A stretch of 64,000 nt of DNA from Haplodiscus bocki (lineage: Eukaryota), in the NCBI GenBank assembly GCA_965655095.1, contig OZ296659.1:35402001-35466000 (forward strand). Direction: 5' to 3'. The translations under genes were made by a program, and so were the position numbers. This document shows positions 54,101 through 64,000 of the stretch, one piece after another (position 1 is the stretch's first letter; each line of letters starts with the position of its first letter). The notes below the pieces were generated by a model. That model was not told where the DNA came from, searched no databases, and saw only the letters and a program-made list of their open reading frames with translations.

Positions 54101-54743
54101 TACCGAAGTTGTAAACTTACTGAAGCTTTCGCTTGAAGTTCTGTTCAGTCCATTTCCTGAATCAAAGCCCAGGAATAGATATACGATTAGAAGGGCTAAC
54201 GTCTGAAGGCATCAACACCCTCTGCATCTGCTTTTGATCTGCCACTTTTTTTCAGATTTTTTCATGCAATCAGGGAGTCCCTCATTTCCCCAAATTGCCA
54301 CTCTTAGGTACCTCCAATACTTCTCTTTGTTGCAACCAATGCAGCTTTTGTCTGGAGTCTTGCCTTTTCAGAAACTTCCATCGCTCGCCATGGGCTCCGC
54401 CAATTCTGAATCAAGCTTGTGCTCTGACCTTTGGCTTTGCTTTCCGGCGGCATCTTTGAGCTGAATTGATGCGGTTCCATTCAAACACAGATTGCATTGA
54501 CTTCCTATAGAACCTCCAACTAGTTAATGAGAAAAAATGGACCCTTGCTTAAACTTCAGGTAACTCGGAGCTAACATATAATGGTATAGACGTTCTATAA
54601 TTTTCGCTAACAAGTGGCTTGAGCGAAACAACTTGTTCCTGTAAACTGTCATTCTGGGACTGCAAGACGTCTTTGTATTTTGTCAACGAGGACACAAATT
54701 GTAGCCCGGATTGGTGGAACTTTTCTGCTAACTCAATATATAT
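30126..54743. repeat. Short-unit sub-array (copies 17-30, 1748-1767 bp; last copy truncated)
   Basis: Anchor spacings are 1764, 1767, 1767, 1761, 1765 x6, 1766, 1762, 1748. Relative to long units there is a net ~101-bp deletion plus ~17-bp and ~8-bp deletions, with diagnostic SNP blocks. Confidence 0.95.
37760..48330. repeat. Most homogeneous core, ~6 near-identical periods of exactly 1765 bp
   Basis: Private markers GTGTTCTCATTG, GGAGTAAAAACG, AAAGCCTAGG, GTCTCGCC, TTTCTGATAAT and AACTCCAGC. Near-identical 115-aa ORFs at 39058, 40823, 42588, 44353, 46118 and 47883. Confidence 0.93.
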
Positions 54744-54812
54744 AAGCTGAGTTACCGGAACATAGATTGAGTGGCTGCAGTAAGATTGAAGCTTGAGGTT
54801 CTTCTCTGACAA
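54549..54812 (-). pseudogene. 87-codon open frame spanning the unique-flank/array boundary
   Basis: The ORF track peptide ...CSHSIYVPVTQL|IYIELAEKFHQSGLQFVSSLTKYKDVLQSQ... has ~23 codons of unique sequence and the rest matches the repeat relic. Confidence 0.35.
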
Positions 54813-55604
54813 ATTTTTGACAGGTTATTCATTACTGACCTGTGGCTGACCTAGAACTTTTGAGTGTCCGGGTAACCGGTGCTGAGTCCCTCGAATCGAA
54901 GATCTCAATATTGACAATGGTAATCTTAATCAGGAGACTTCCACCAGTTATGAATGGCAAAAGATAGTGAGCGATAAGATGAAAATTCATTACCATCGTC
55001 ACAGAGTAAACGAAACTGTTTGCCAGTCTTGAAGTTGGGGCGAATTCATTGAGTCTACAAAAAATTCGCTGTGCATTCCTACAATGGACTAAAAGGATCA
55101 CACGAATAGTAAGTTGATGCCAGCTAAAAACAGCTCTGATTTAAGATACCTGATATTACGCGGGGATCCGGCTGATTGAGAACCCCAGGGTAAGCTTTCT
55201 CTTGGCCACGGCTTGTATTAGAAAATTCGATGAATTAGCGAGGCTTTTCATTCTAGAGCTGCTTCAGTCAAAAGGCGGCTGCAAATCTATTAGAACAAAA
55301 GTGCACGCGGGTTCTGTTTGATGGCGAAGTCTTATCGAATACACCGTGTTTTTATTGTGTATTTCTCCCTTGAAGCAAAACCGCTTCCGGCCGAAGTTAG
55401 ATAAACTTTTGAGCTATCATTTCTATCATCGAGGAAGACAGACTTGATAGCACTTTTTATAAGAATCCACAACGGCGGTCTGAATGCCAATCGAATTTGC
55501 ACTAGCGTTAGTTACCGATGTTCTACGTCTCAGCTGTCGCTAACCTGGTGAATTAGCAGCAGCTGTAGTGGTGTTCCGATTCACGGTAAACTACTGCCCC
55601 ACAA

Positions 55605-56100
55605 ACTTTTTTGACTATTCTTCTATAAGATATAAGAATATTTGTGTAATGCCTAAGCAGTCATTTAAAAGCCAATTTTTCGAAAAAAAAGGCCTTTCCG
55701 AGGATTTTTTGCTAATATCCCCCTATTGTCGAGTATGACAGACCTCATCGCAATTTAATTTGCGGCTCAAAATTTATTCTGACAGCTATTCTGCAAGTCA
55801 TGAAGTCAGTTGTAACACTTGAGCAGTCATTAAGAACCCCTATTTTCAGAAAAAAAGCTATGTAACTGAAAAAATGGCCAATTTCTTTGGATATTATCGA
55901 TTATAACAGACCTCATGGAACATTTTGTAAAAGTCCACGAGGTATTTTGACAATTTTTTGGAAATGTTTAAGATCCATTCTGGAACACCTCAGCAGCCTA
56001 CAAACACCTATTTCCGGAGAAAAGGCTATTTCTTCTTGCTAATTTTACTCTTTCATTCGGGAATGTTGAATCTCAAAAGAAGTTTCATGAGGCTCCGCCA
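55605..56100. repeat. Degenerate ~168-bp tandem repeat, ~3 copies
   Basis: GCAGTCAT/GCAGCC at 55657, 55823 and 55993, each followed by CC-x-ATTT...GAAAA. ACAGACCTCAT at 55738 and 55906. Confidence 0.75.
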
Positions 56101-57119
56101 GTTGCTACAGCGAAGATTTAGGCTTTCAATATGACAAACTGTCAGAAATACAACATACAGGTGCATAATTCAGTTCAATGCAACTATAAGATGATGAATA
56201 ACGTGAGTTTTTCTGAAGAGATGCAATTAATTCCAAACTAAATCACAAAACGTTCAAGCTGGGCGTTTGCAAACGAAATGGAGCAACATCGGGGTCTGCA
56301 AACAATCAAGAGAAACTAACCTCGTCACCTGGTGATAAAAACTGGATGCGAATGAAGAATAATGTTGGAATTGCAACTAGCACTTTTGAAAAACTAATAG
56401 ACCAAATCCCTAAATATTCTACTGTTAAATAGTCTTCGCTGTTTTTGACATGGTCTCTGACATTTGCTATGCTAACAGGTGCAGGTGAAAAACAAAGTCC
56501 CATCATTCGAAAACAAAGTTCGAAAGGAAGATCTTTCATAACATGGACTTCATAAACTGTTTCGTGATTTTGGACTGAAAGGAGAACGCAAGTTTTTTTC
56601 GCATTGGGAAACAGCCCAGAAGAACACAAGAGCCTGAAATAAGACAATCAAACTCGAAGCTGGTAACCAGGAAGAAGTAAGCTAAAGAAAACTTGAAAGA
56701 CGCATCCAAATTAAAGCTGTCTGAACTGTTGCAAGTTTTGGACGAAGACTTGAACGTCTTTACAAATCCACCTTTTGTATAGTCTTGCTTGGCCATGACA
56801 TGTTCACTGACACCATCAGGGCCACCACGTTCAGGCGCAGATTCCTAGCCCCATCGGTTTTGCCACACTTTTGAGGAAATATTGTTCGCAAGGCTCCGCA
56901 ACCCTTTTTCGAAAAAAACTTAGATTGAGTTGAGGACAGCCCAATCTTTCGGAATCAGTCGAAAATTACGAAACAGGCAAAACACCTTAGAAGTGAAAGT
57001 TCGTCTTTCTTGTTTGCAATTGATTAGGATAAGCACGATGAGCCTTAATTTTTGTCAATCAAACCATTATGCCAAACTACTGCAAAAAACAAAAATTGTG
57101 GAACGAAGCGAAAACTGCG

Positions 57120-58060
57120 AAAATTTCATTTTTTTCTCGATAACTAGAAAACTGTCTGACATCTCGATGCCCCATTCCAGTAGCTTTGTAGACACTGATT
57201 AAAAAGGTATAAGGTGTTTGTTTTCACAGCTTTAGGAGGCACTTGAGGTAAATTCTGACTCGCATGCATCGCACGCAGCATGGTATTCACCAGGAACAGA
57301 CGATTCAGGCTCAAAGTCTTTGTCGTTCTCCACTTCACAAAGCTTTGGAATGGCGTTTCTCTGAATTTGAGGTTAATTGAGAAACGTCTTGAAGCAATTT
57401 TTTTCTTGGAACGTGAAGAAGTTTTTATTGATGTGTTTTGTCTGAGAATTGGGCAATTGTTTGAGAACTTTCGCATTCATAATTTTCTCGAGTTTGGAAA
57501 CGTTTATTCTTTGAAAATTTTGGCCTAAATTTCCCTCACAAGAAATATAGAAATTTTTGTTGAAGGTTTTTTACAGCTATGAATTTTGTAGCTACGGAAC
57601 CGAACAAAATTTGAAATTTTGCGCTTAATACATGGAGACTGAGATGTCATTTCAATTTTTGTCCGACTATTTTCTTGACTTTGGTCAATTCGATTTTTCG
57701 CCTGCTAGATTTGAGCCTGGACTTACGTCAACATTATGGTTTTCCATGATTCGATATTCGAGCCCCGCAAAGGTCCCATTTTCTTCAATTGAATCAAAAG
57801 TAAGGCTTCTTTGTAAATAAGCCTTTTGAATGCTGCTCTGCGTTTGTTTCAGACCTGTGTATTGGACGTCACCCGGTTTGTGGAGCTGAGTTTCGAGTAC
57901 AGATATCTCGTGCTGACTGCCAGTCTTCTTCTGGTATCACTCAATGTCATTGGTGCTAATGCCACTCAAATGTCTTCTTTCGTCGAAAACATCAAGGCTA
58001 TACTTAAAGACATCCTCGACCAATCTCCGGGGTAAGTTGACTCTTACTTTTCACCGGAAG
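57120..58060 (-). pseudogene. Possible decayed gene fragment, family unknown
   Basis: One minus frame gives protein-like stretches (LVEDVFKYSLDVFDERRH; ~80 stop-free codons YQKKTG...AGEKSN; IPKLCEVENDKDFEPESSVPGEYHAACDACESEF) interrupted by about ten stops. Confidence 0.3.
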
Positions 58061-58547
58061 AAAGCGTTAAGAAACGAAAGACTTTAATGTCTTGATTCAG
58101 AATTTTGATCAGCTCATCCATTTACCGGAAAAAACTATCAGTTATAATGTGACTAAATTTCAATATTTGGTTCCAAATTCTAACAACGTCATTTTTTTGG
58201 CATCATTGCCATTGCACTATTTTCAAAATTTCGTCATTTGTTGAATTCTAGGAGTAGTTACGTTGTTATATGCGATGTTTTCTTAAAACTTTAAATGTTT
58301 AAAAATTTGAATTGTCTTTTCAGATTTTTTGTCAATCATTTCTCGATGATTTGTAAATCGTTGCAGAAAATATCCAAAAGATCAAAAATTGTCCACTGCA
58401 TTTTACACCTTCTGACTGTAAGGAGGAATGTGTATTGGAAACCAGTTAGTGCTTAGTTTTTCTTATCCTGTCCAAAACTTGCATTTTTTGACGTTATCAG
58501 AGAGTCGTAGTAGTCATCTTGTGTAAACGGTCAAAACGCTTCTTTTT

Positions 58548-58797
58548 GACAGGTACTTGTTCATTTTTGTGTTGTTTACTTTGAGAACTAACATTGGGCA
58601 GCAAAATGGTGTAATATGAAAAGACGTGATTGAATTTTTCGAATTTTTTGACAAATTTTGCAGGTACTTGTTCAGTTTCGCGTTTTTTATTGTGCAAACT
58701 TCTTAAACATGAGGCAGAAAAATGACGTAACTTGAAAAGACATGATTGGTTTATCAAATTTTGGAGTATGAGGCCCCGTGACGGGTACTTGTCTCAA
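58548..58797. repeat. Three copies of a C(A/G)GGTACTTGT motif at 111 and 121 bp spacing
   Basis: GACAGGTACTTGTTCA at 58548, GCAGGTACTTGTTCA at 58660 and GACGGGTACTTGTCTC at ~58780. These give EQVPAK/EQVPVK in ORF 58497..58757. Confidence 0.55.
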
Positions 58798-61700
58798 TTT
58801 GACTTTTTCGAACAAGTTTTTGATTGACAGGTGGTGTAATATTTCTAAAAGTGTCAATCACATCTCTGGTGTTGCGAAAAATTTCGCTTCGCCTATGTGT
58901 TAATACTGCGGTTTTTTTGATATTCGGAAGGACTTAAAGTTATACTTGATCTTTATTTTCAGCCTCGCGTTTCTCACATGACGTGTTTTTATACAATTTT
59001 CGTATCACTGCTTGATTTTTTTAACCTACCATTACATAAACTCTACCATAACATAAAGGGTTAATAGAGGTTATGGGGCATATAGGAAGTGCCAGGAGTC
59101 CGCAAAACTGAAAGTTGTGCGTCTTTTTCATACGACGGTTAGGTATTTGGCAAAAGTAGAATTTTCAACGTCGGAGCCAGAGTTGAGCATATTTTTGAGT
59201 CGATATCATGTCTTTTTTCAAGACTTGTGTTATTGGATTTGATGTGAATCCACACTGAAATGGTGTAGTTGACGGGTTTTCTTACTTCTAGATGACGTTA
59301 CATTAGGTACTAAAGAACTATGAAGCTGCACGGCGTACAATCGGCATGGGGCACAATTCATTAGGCATAATGAAAGTTTGGAAAATAGTTTCTGTTTTTT
59401 CCAATTTTTCATCGGCACTTCTGAGGAACACTATTAACTTTTCGTGTTTTAAAGCCGAATTGAGTTTTCTACTCTTCAGTTCCGCTACAATTTACGCTTT
59501 TCTTGCGCTTGTTTTGGAATGTTGATTCTAGTTTGTAAACAGTTTAATGCTTTCGAGTGCAGACAAATTCAGGCAAAACGTATGTAGATTTACAAGTTTT
59601 TGCTTTTTTTTTAAATTTTGGACGACTGCTGTTTCTTGTCATTTGGTTGACAACTCACACAAGATGAATTGTGGGATGAATTTCGCTTGCCTACTTGAGC
59701 TCCTTTTACTCGTTTCTGACCTCGGAATTTTTTTGTTGAGGATTTTCTTGCATCGAATTGTTCTTTTTATTCTGCAGAATTCTATAAGAAGAACCAAATT
59801 TTGAAAATTGGCATTTAAGGTGCTTTCTTTTTTTGGCTGAAACGCCTTAAAAGACTTTTTCGGGTAAAAAACACTGTTTTTCGTCATCATATGAACACTG
59901 TCTACTGCTCAATCACAACCATTAGTTTTAACGTGAATTTGGATGCTAATTTCGATTCTTATCAGACATGGGGTTCTTGCTGCAAGAAATATCCTTACTT
60001 GTAAACTGAATTTCGAGAAATTTTCAGAGAGGTCTGCTATTGAAGCCGAAGGATTTTAATACGTTTTTTCCAGACCTCTAAACCGATGTCGCGGACACTT
60101 CTGCCTCTCTCAACGATTTTGATCTCAGTAGACGCGTAAATTCCGCGTACAGTCGCTATATGGTACCCCTTAATAAGTCAACCTCGAAACGTAAGAAACG
60201 TGTCTAACGTCGAACAAGGCTCAAAGTTTAGCAATGCTTTTTGTTGTCCCGAAAGCTTATCTGCAAACTGAAGACATGTTATTTGTAGGCTTTGATTGAT
60301 TTTGATGAAAGAACTTTGTCACAACGGCCGGTCGATTTTGCTCACAGAGTCTCGAATCAAAAGTCATCTATTTGTAAAAGTGGCTTAGTGGAAATCATTT
60401 TTGCGTATCAATACCAAATTAACGGAAAGAAAGTTAAGAAAATATTAGAAGACGTGGTAATTGTTAGACTTGATTGATAGTTTTTGTTCTCCATAAAGTC
60501 CCTTTCGTTTTCGAAAGCTTCGGTGTTTGACGTCGCAAACAGCTGATTTTAGTTGGAAAGCTCACGTTTTCGCATGTATATGAGCACTATCTTCTGCTCA
60601 GTCATATTAGTTAGTGTAGGTTTTCGAGGAAAATTTTTCGCAAGATTTCAAGTTGTTACCGCGAGAGAGAAATATCATTACTTTTTTTGAATTTGGGAAT
60701 TTTCTGACTCAATTATCTATTTGCTTCTATTTTAGAAGAAGTTTTCGTCAAGGTGCATTGTTTTCGTTAGAATAATTCAGTGGTTTAGTATGCAACCACA
60801 AAGTGGAAATTTTAGTGGGGAAATAGACTATTCCATTGCTCTTTGGATTTAAAATCGGTCTTCAGGCTACATTTTTTGTGGCCAAAGCATCCATATTTTT
60901 GGCGCCAAGAGTCTTATTTTTGACATTATATGAACATTGTACTCTGCGCTGTTACGCTAAACAGTTTGAGAATCTTTTTCAAATTAAACTCATTTCTCCT
61001 TCAGAGAAAAGGTGTTTTTAGCGCGAGAAAAGCTAACTTTTAACTTGTGTTCCTGTGTGAACTTTCAGTTTCGTCTTTGTTCTCAATCATACTTACATCT
61101 TATTTTTCAACCTGCATCGTGAAAAGACTGTTGGAGTAATGCATAGTGTTTTCTATGATTCTCTTCTACTGTAAAATTGGTTTTCACTGTTTTTTTGCTG
61201 GCAAAACTTCCGAAAAACCAGAATTGCTGGTAGATTTTCGAAAATTTCGACAACGTATTGAAATTCACTGAGTCAGTCGATATCTTGGAATATTTTTCCG
61301 TTTATGTGGAGCCATCTGAGTGATTAGAGTTCCCATTTCCACTAGCTCCGGGAGTTAGTTCGACTCGTATATTGAGTTTCAAACGTATTCAAGTGCCGCC
61401 CAATTTCGAAAGTGTTTTTCTGAATGACTATTTGCTGGATTGGGACCATCTAATCCGCATATGCAAACACCTGCAAAATGGATGTTCTGTTGACCAGAAC
61501 GATTGGTTCTTTCTTTTCCCCTACATAACGACTCCGGACTTATATTTGTAAAAATCGGAACTGTTTCCACTTGTGTTTTCGAGAATTTTTCCCTGAGATA
61601 AGTTTATAAAAAAACAATTCCAAGTAATAGGCCAGTGGCGAAATTGTTGAATGTTTCAATGTGATTTTTTGTGCTTTATCATCGACTTAGCTCTTTCTTT

Positions 61701-62250
61701 TTCTAATCTCACGAAACTTCCAGGATCGTTTTTTTCGAAGTCTTTCCTCTAAATCGTTTTTGGTCTTGTAAAGTCTTTTATAAGTCCATTTTATTTGAAA
61801 ACTTCAGATTTTTTCAAAATTTGATTTCTCAGTTGAACGTGTATAGCTTTCAAAGTTCAATTTTTTGGGAGTGTTTGGAAAAAGGTTTCTTATACTTCTT
61901 GAAGTTCTCAGGAGACCAAGCTTCTTCTATAGTAGATTTGAATACCATTATTTCAACCTGTAAGTGAACTAGGTTTTTTGGCTGCCAGTCTGGCGTAACT
62001 CCGCTTTGCTTCTGTGCTGCACTTGAATGAGCAAGTGTTTTGGAATATCATCTTCTACCACTTCCTATCCGTTCAAAAGCCGCATTGGCTGTTCCCTAAT
62101 ACACTGGTGGAAATATGGCGGGAATATCACTTCGCGTTTTTGGTCAACTTTTTCGGGAAGCGCCTGATTGAATAGTAAATCAATGTTAGCAGTGAACTAA
62201 TAAGCAAAGAGAATGGTAGTATTTTTCAAGTGTCGAACTGTTTTTACTGC

Positions 62251-62303
62251 CCGTATTTAAATACGGAAAGAAAATCATCCTTTTCCTTTCATGAAAGGAA
62301 AAG
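62251..62303. repeat. Two adjacent perfect palindromes (16 bp and 24 bp)
   Basis: CCGTATTT|AAATACGG at 62251-62266 and CTTTTCCTTTCA|TGAAAGGAAAAG at 62280-62303. Confidence 0.95.
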
Positions 62304-63347
62304 CGAACGTGTTTTTTTTTCATTTCTGGCAATTAAAAGTTTCCGATGTAGAAGTTTCCGATTTTCGCCGGTTCTGACCGAGGAAATGTTTTATTACCAT
62401 TTTAATCAAATTTGACGTAGAATGCGACTGAAATAGTAAGGTTTTTCAGAAAGTTCGAAGTTTGGGTTTTTCTGAAGAAGACGATGGATTTTGAAATTCG
62501 GTACAGGTGCCAACTTTGCTGTAAAGTTCTTATCAAATGATATTATTTGATAGAATTTTCTTTTTCGCACCTGAATTGACGGTTTTTTGCAGAATTTTTC
62601 ATTTCAAATAAAAGCAAGTAAAAGAAAATGCTCTCATCTTCTAAAAGGTATCATAAGCAAGGGGAGAGGGCCGAAAATATACCGGTGGTGGCCGGCCGTC
62701 TTGTTGCTGATGTTCTATTGGAAGTCTTTTTATTAATTGTTTTTCTTAGAGAAATAGTTTTAGCACTGCATTCATCCACTGCAGATCAAAAAGTTCATTA
62801 AAGGCTTAGAATTCCCGAGGGTACAATTTTCCAGTTTCGTAATTCGTGATGGAAAAAACAATTCCTATGTATTAAGCAAACTCTGAGAAAAATCGGAAAC
62901 TATCGGTGAAATTCTGTCTCCATTCCATATTTCGGACTGTAGGGAACCTGTGCAGTAGCAGGGTTGGCCATTTCGTACTTCCTTCCACTGAACAATATCT
63001 TCACTTTTAGTTTGAGGTTTGAAAAATATATATTTTCGTCGCTTTCAAATTGTTTTTCCGAAATTTACCGTTGGATTGCGGGCATCTAATGTTCAATCGA
63101 AAGCCCGCAGTATGGGGGACTGTGGAACAGTTAGGATGTGCCATTGCACACGCTGCACCTGAAAATTGTTGACTTGTGTGAAGTCCAAATCTTTCTCTTG
63201 CATCTTTCAAAATAGTTTTCCTCAAAGATTTGCGAGCTGGTTGGCGACTTTCTGGCGCTCATTCAAAAGCTCGAAGCAAAAAGAATTCCCGACATAAAAT
63301 TTTTTGACTTTTTTTTTAATTTTTGTTTGCAAGTTTTTTCTTGCATA

Positions 63348-64000
63348 TTCTTTCAAAGTTGTTTTACTGGAAGGGTACTTTTTGACTGAGCCCTGCCAGT
63401 GGTCTTTTAAACACCAACAACTTGGTGAACCTCTGGAAAACCGGGAAATGCCGTTTCATAGTTTCCACGCGAGATTTCAAACTTGACTTTTAGTTTGAAG
63501 TTGGAAGATTGATTACTTACGTTTTTTTAAAGACGTTTTTCCCGATGATTACTGCTGGGGTGCCTGCTTTCTTGTGCTTGTTCAAAGGGTCGATGTGTAG
63601 AGATTTTTGGAAACAGAAGTTGTATGCTTCTTCACGCATTCCGAATTTAGACATGAATTATTTTGATTTGTTCGAAAACATTTTACTTCATCTTTATTCA
63701 AAGTCATTTTTTCTCGATTTTCACTGACCTAAGCCAGGCTTCCTTGTGCTCCTTTGGAAGCTTGAAGTGCAGACAATTTTTGAACCAGATAGCGTATCTG
63801 TCTACAAACCTTACAAACATGCTCATGAAATATTTTGATTTGTTTATTTGTTTTTTGTAGCTCGAAAGGGTTTTTTTTCATTTTTTTTCAAAGTCCTTTT
63901 TCTGGATGTTTAATGGCTGGGTCCCGGCCTTCTTGTGCTCCTTTGAAAACTCGAAGTGTAGAGATTTTCTGATTCATCAAGTGTATCTTTCTTCACGCAT
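63348..64000. repeat. Degenerate ~172-190-bp tandem repeat running off the window end
   Basis: CTTGTGCT at 63571, 63743 and 63932. TATTTTGATTTGTT at 63659 and 63831. TTCTTCACGCAT at ~63629 and 63989. Confidence 0.8.

Larger units (their letters stand above)
1..54743. repeat. Tandem macrosatellite, ~30 head-to-tail copies of a 1.75-1.9 kb unit
   Basis: The anchor TGTCTGAGACAAATG (or a 1-2 nt variant) recurs 30 times at 1748-1898 bp spacing, and the same short peptides recur at that period in the ORF track. Homology ends after ...AACTCAATATATAT at ~54743. Confidence 0.99.

Noticed and set aside
1-54743. The many 60-120 aa ORFs as real genes
   Set aside because: They overlap in several frames on both strands, often use TTG/GTG starts, and appear or disappear with single SNPs and indels between copies.
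1-54743. rDNA, 5S, snRNA, SL-RNA, tRNA or histone repeat
   Set aside because: I recognised no conserved signature of these in the unit. An Infernal/Rfam scan would be needed to exclude divergent ncRNAs.
59025-59076. piggyBac-like end AAAGGGTTAA beside a short CTACCAT(T/A)ACATAAA direct repeat
   Set aside because: I saw no matching TTAACCCT partner end in the window.
63925-63990. U2 snRNA-like fragments (CGGCCTT..., ATCAAGTGTATCT)
   Set aside because: The spacing is wrong and the branch-recognition sequence is incomplete. The region belongs to the local ~180-bp repeat.
1-64000. CRISPR array
   Set aside because: There are no short constant repeats with unique spacers and no cas-like ORFs.

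Overview
AT-rich, gene-poor window with no ORF over ~122 aa. I recognised no rRNA, tRNA, CRISPR array or intact transposase, and the architecture looks eukaryotic (inference). Bases 1-~54,743 are one head-to-tail macrosatellite of 30 copies: 29 complete plus a truncated last copy, and it probably continues left of the window. Copies phased on TGTCTGAGACAAATG start at about 1, 1890, 3779, 5668, 7560, 9449, 11341, 13230, 15122, 17017, 18915, 20808, 22703, 24593, 26479, 28367, 30126, 31890, 33657, 35424, 37185, 38950, 40715, 42480, 44245, 46010, 47775, 49541, 51303 and 53051. Copies 1-15 are a heterogeneous long class (1886-1898 bp). Copy 16 is a chimera. Copies 17-30 are a short class (1748-1767 bp) with a near-identical 1765-bp core and mirror-symmetric marker layers around it. 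The unit looks like a decayed minus-strand gene of unidentified family. In 17 of 30 copies it carries a perfect three-pentamer heat-shock-element-like motif abutting a TATA box. The last copy retains sequence deleted in all other short copies and reads open into the unique flank, which points to the array's origin. The last ~9.2 kb is unique, decayed sequence with two ~170-bp relic repeats, gene-relic fragments and a pair of perfect palindromes. All comparisons were made by eye, and no identities or database searches were computed.
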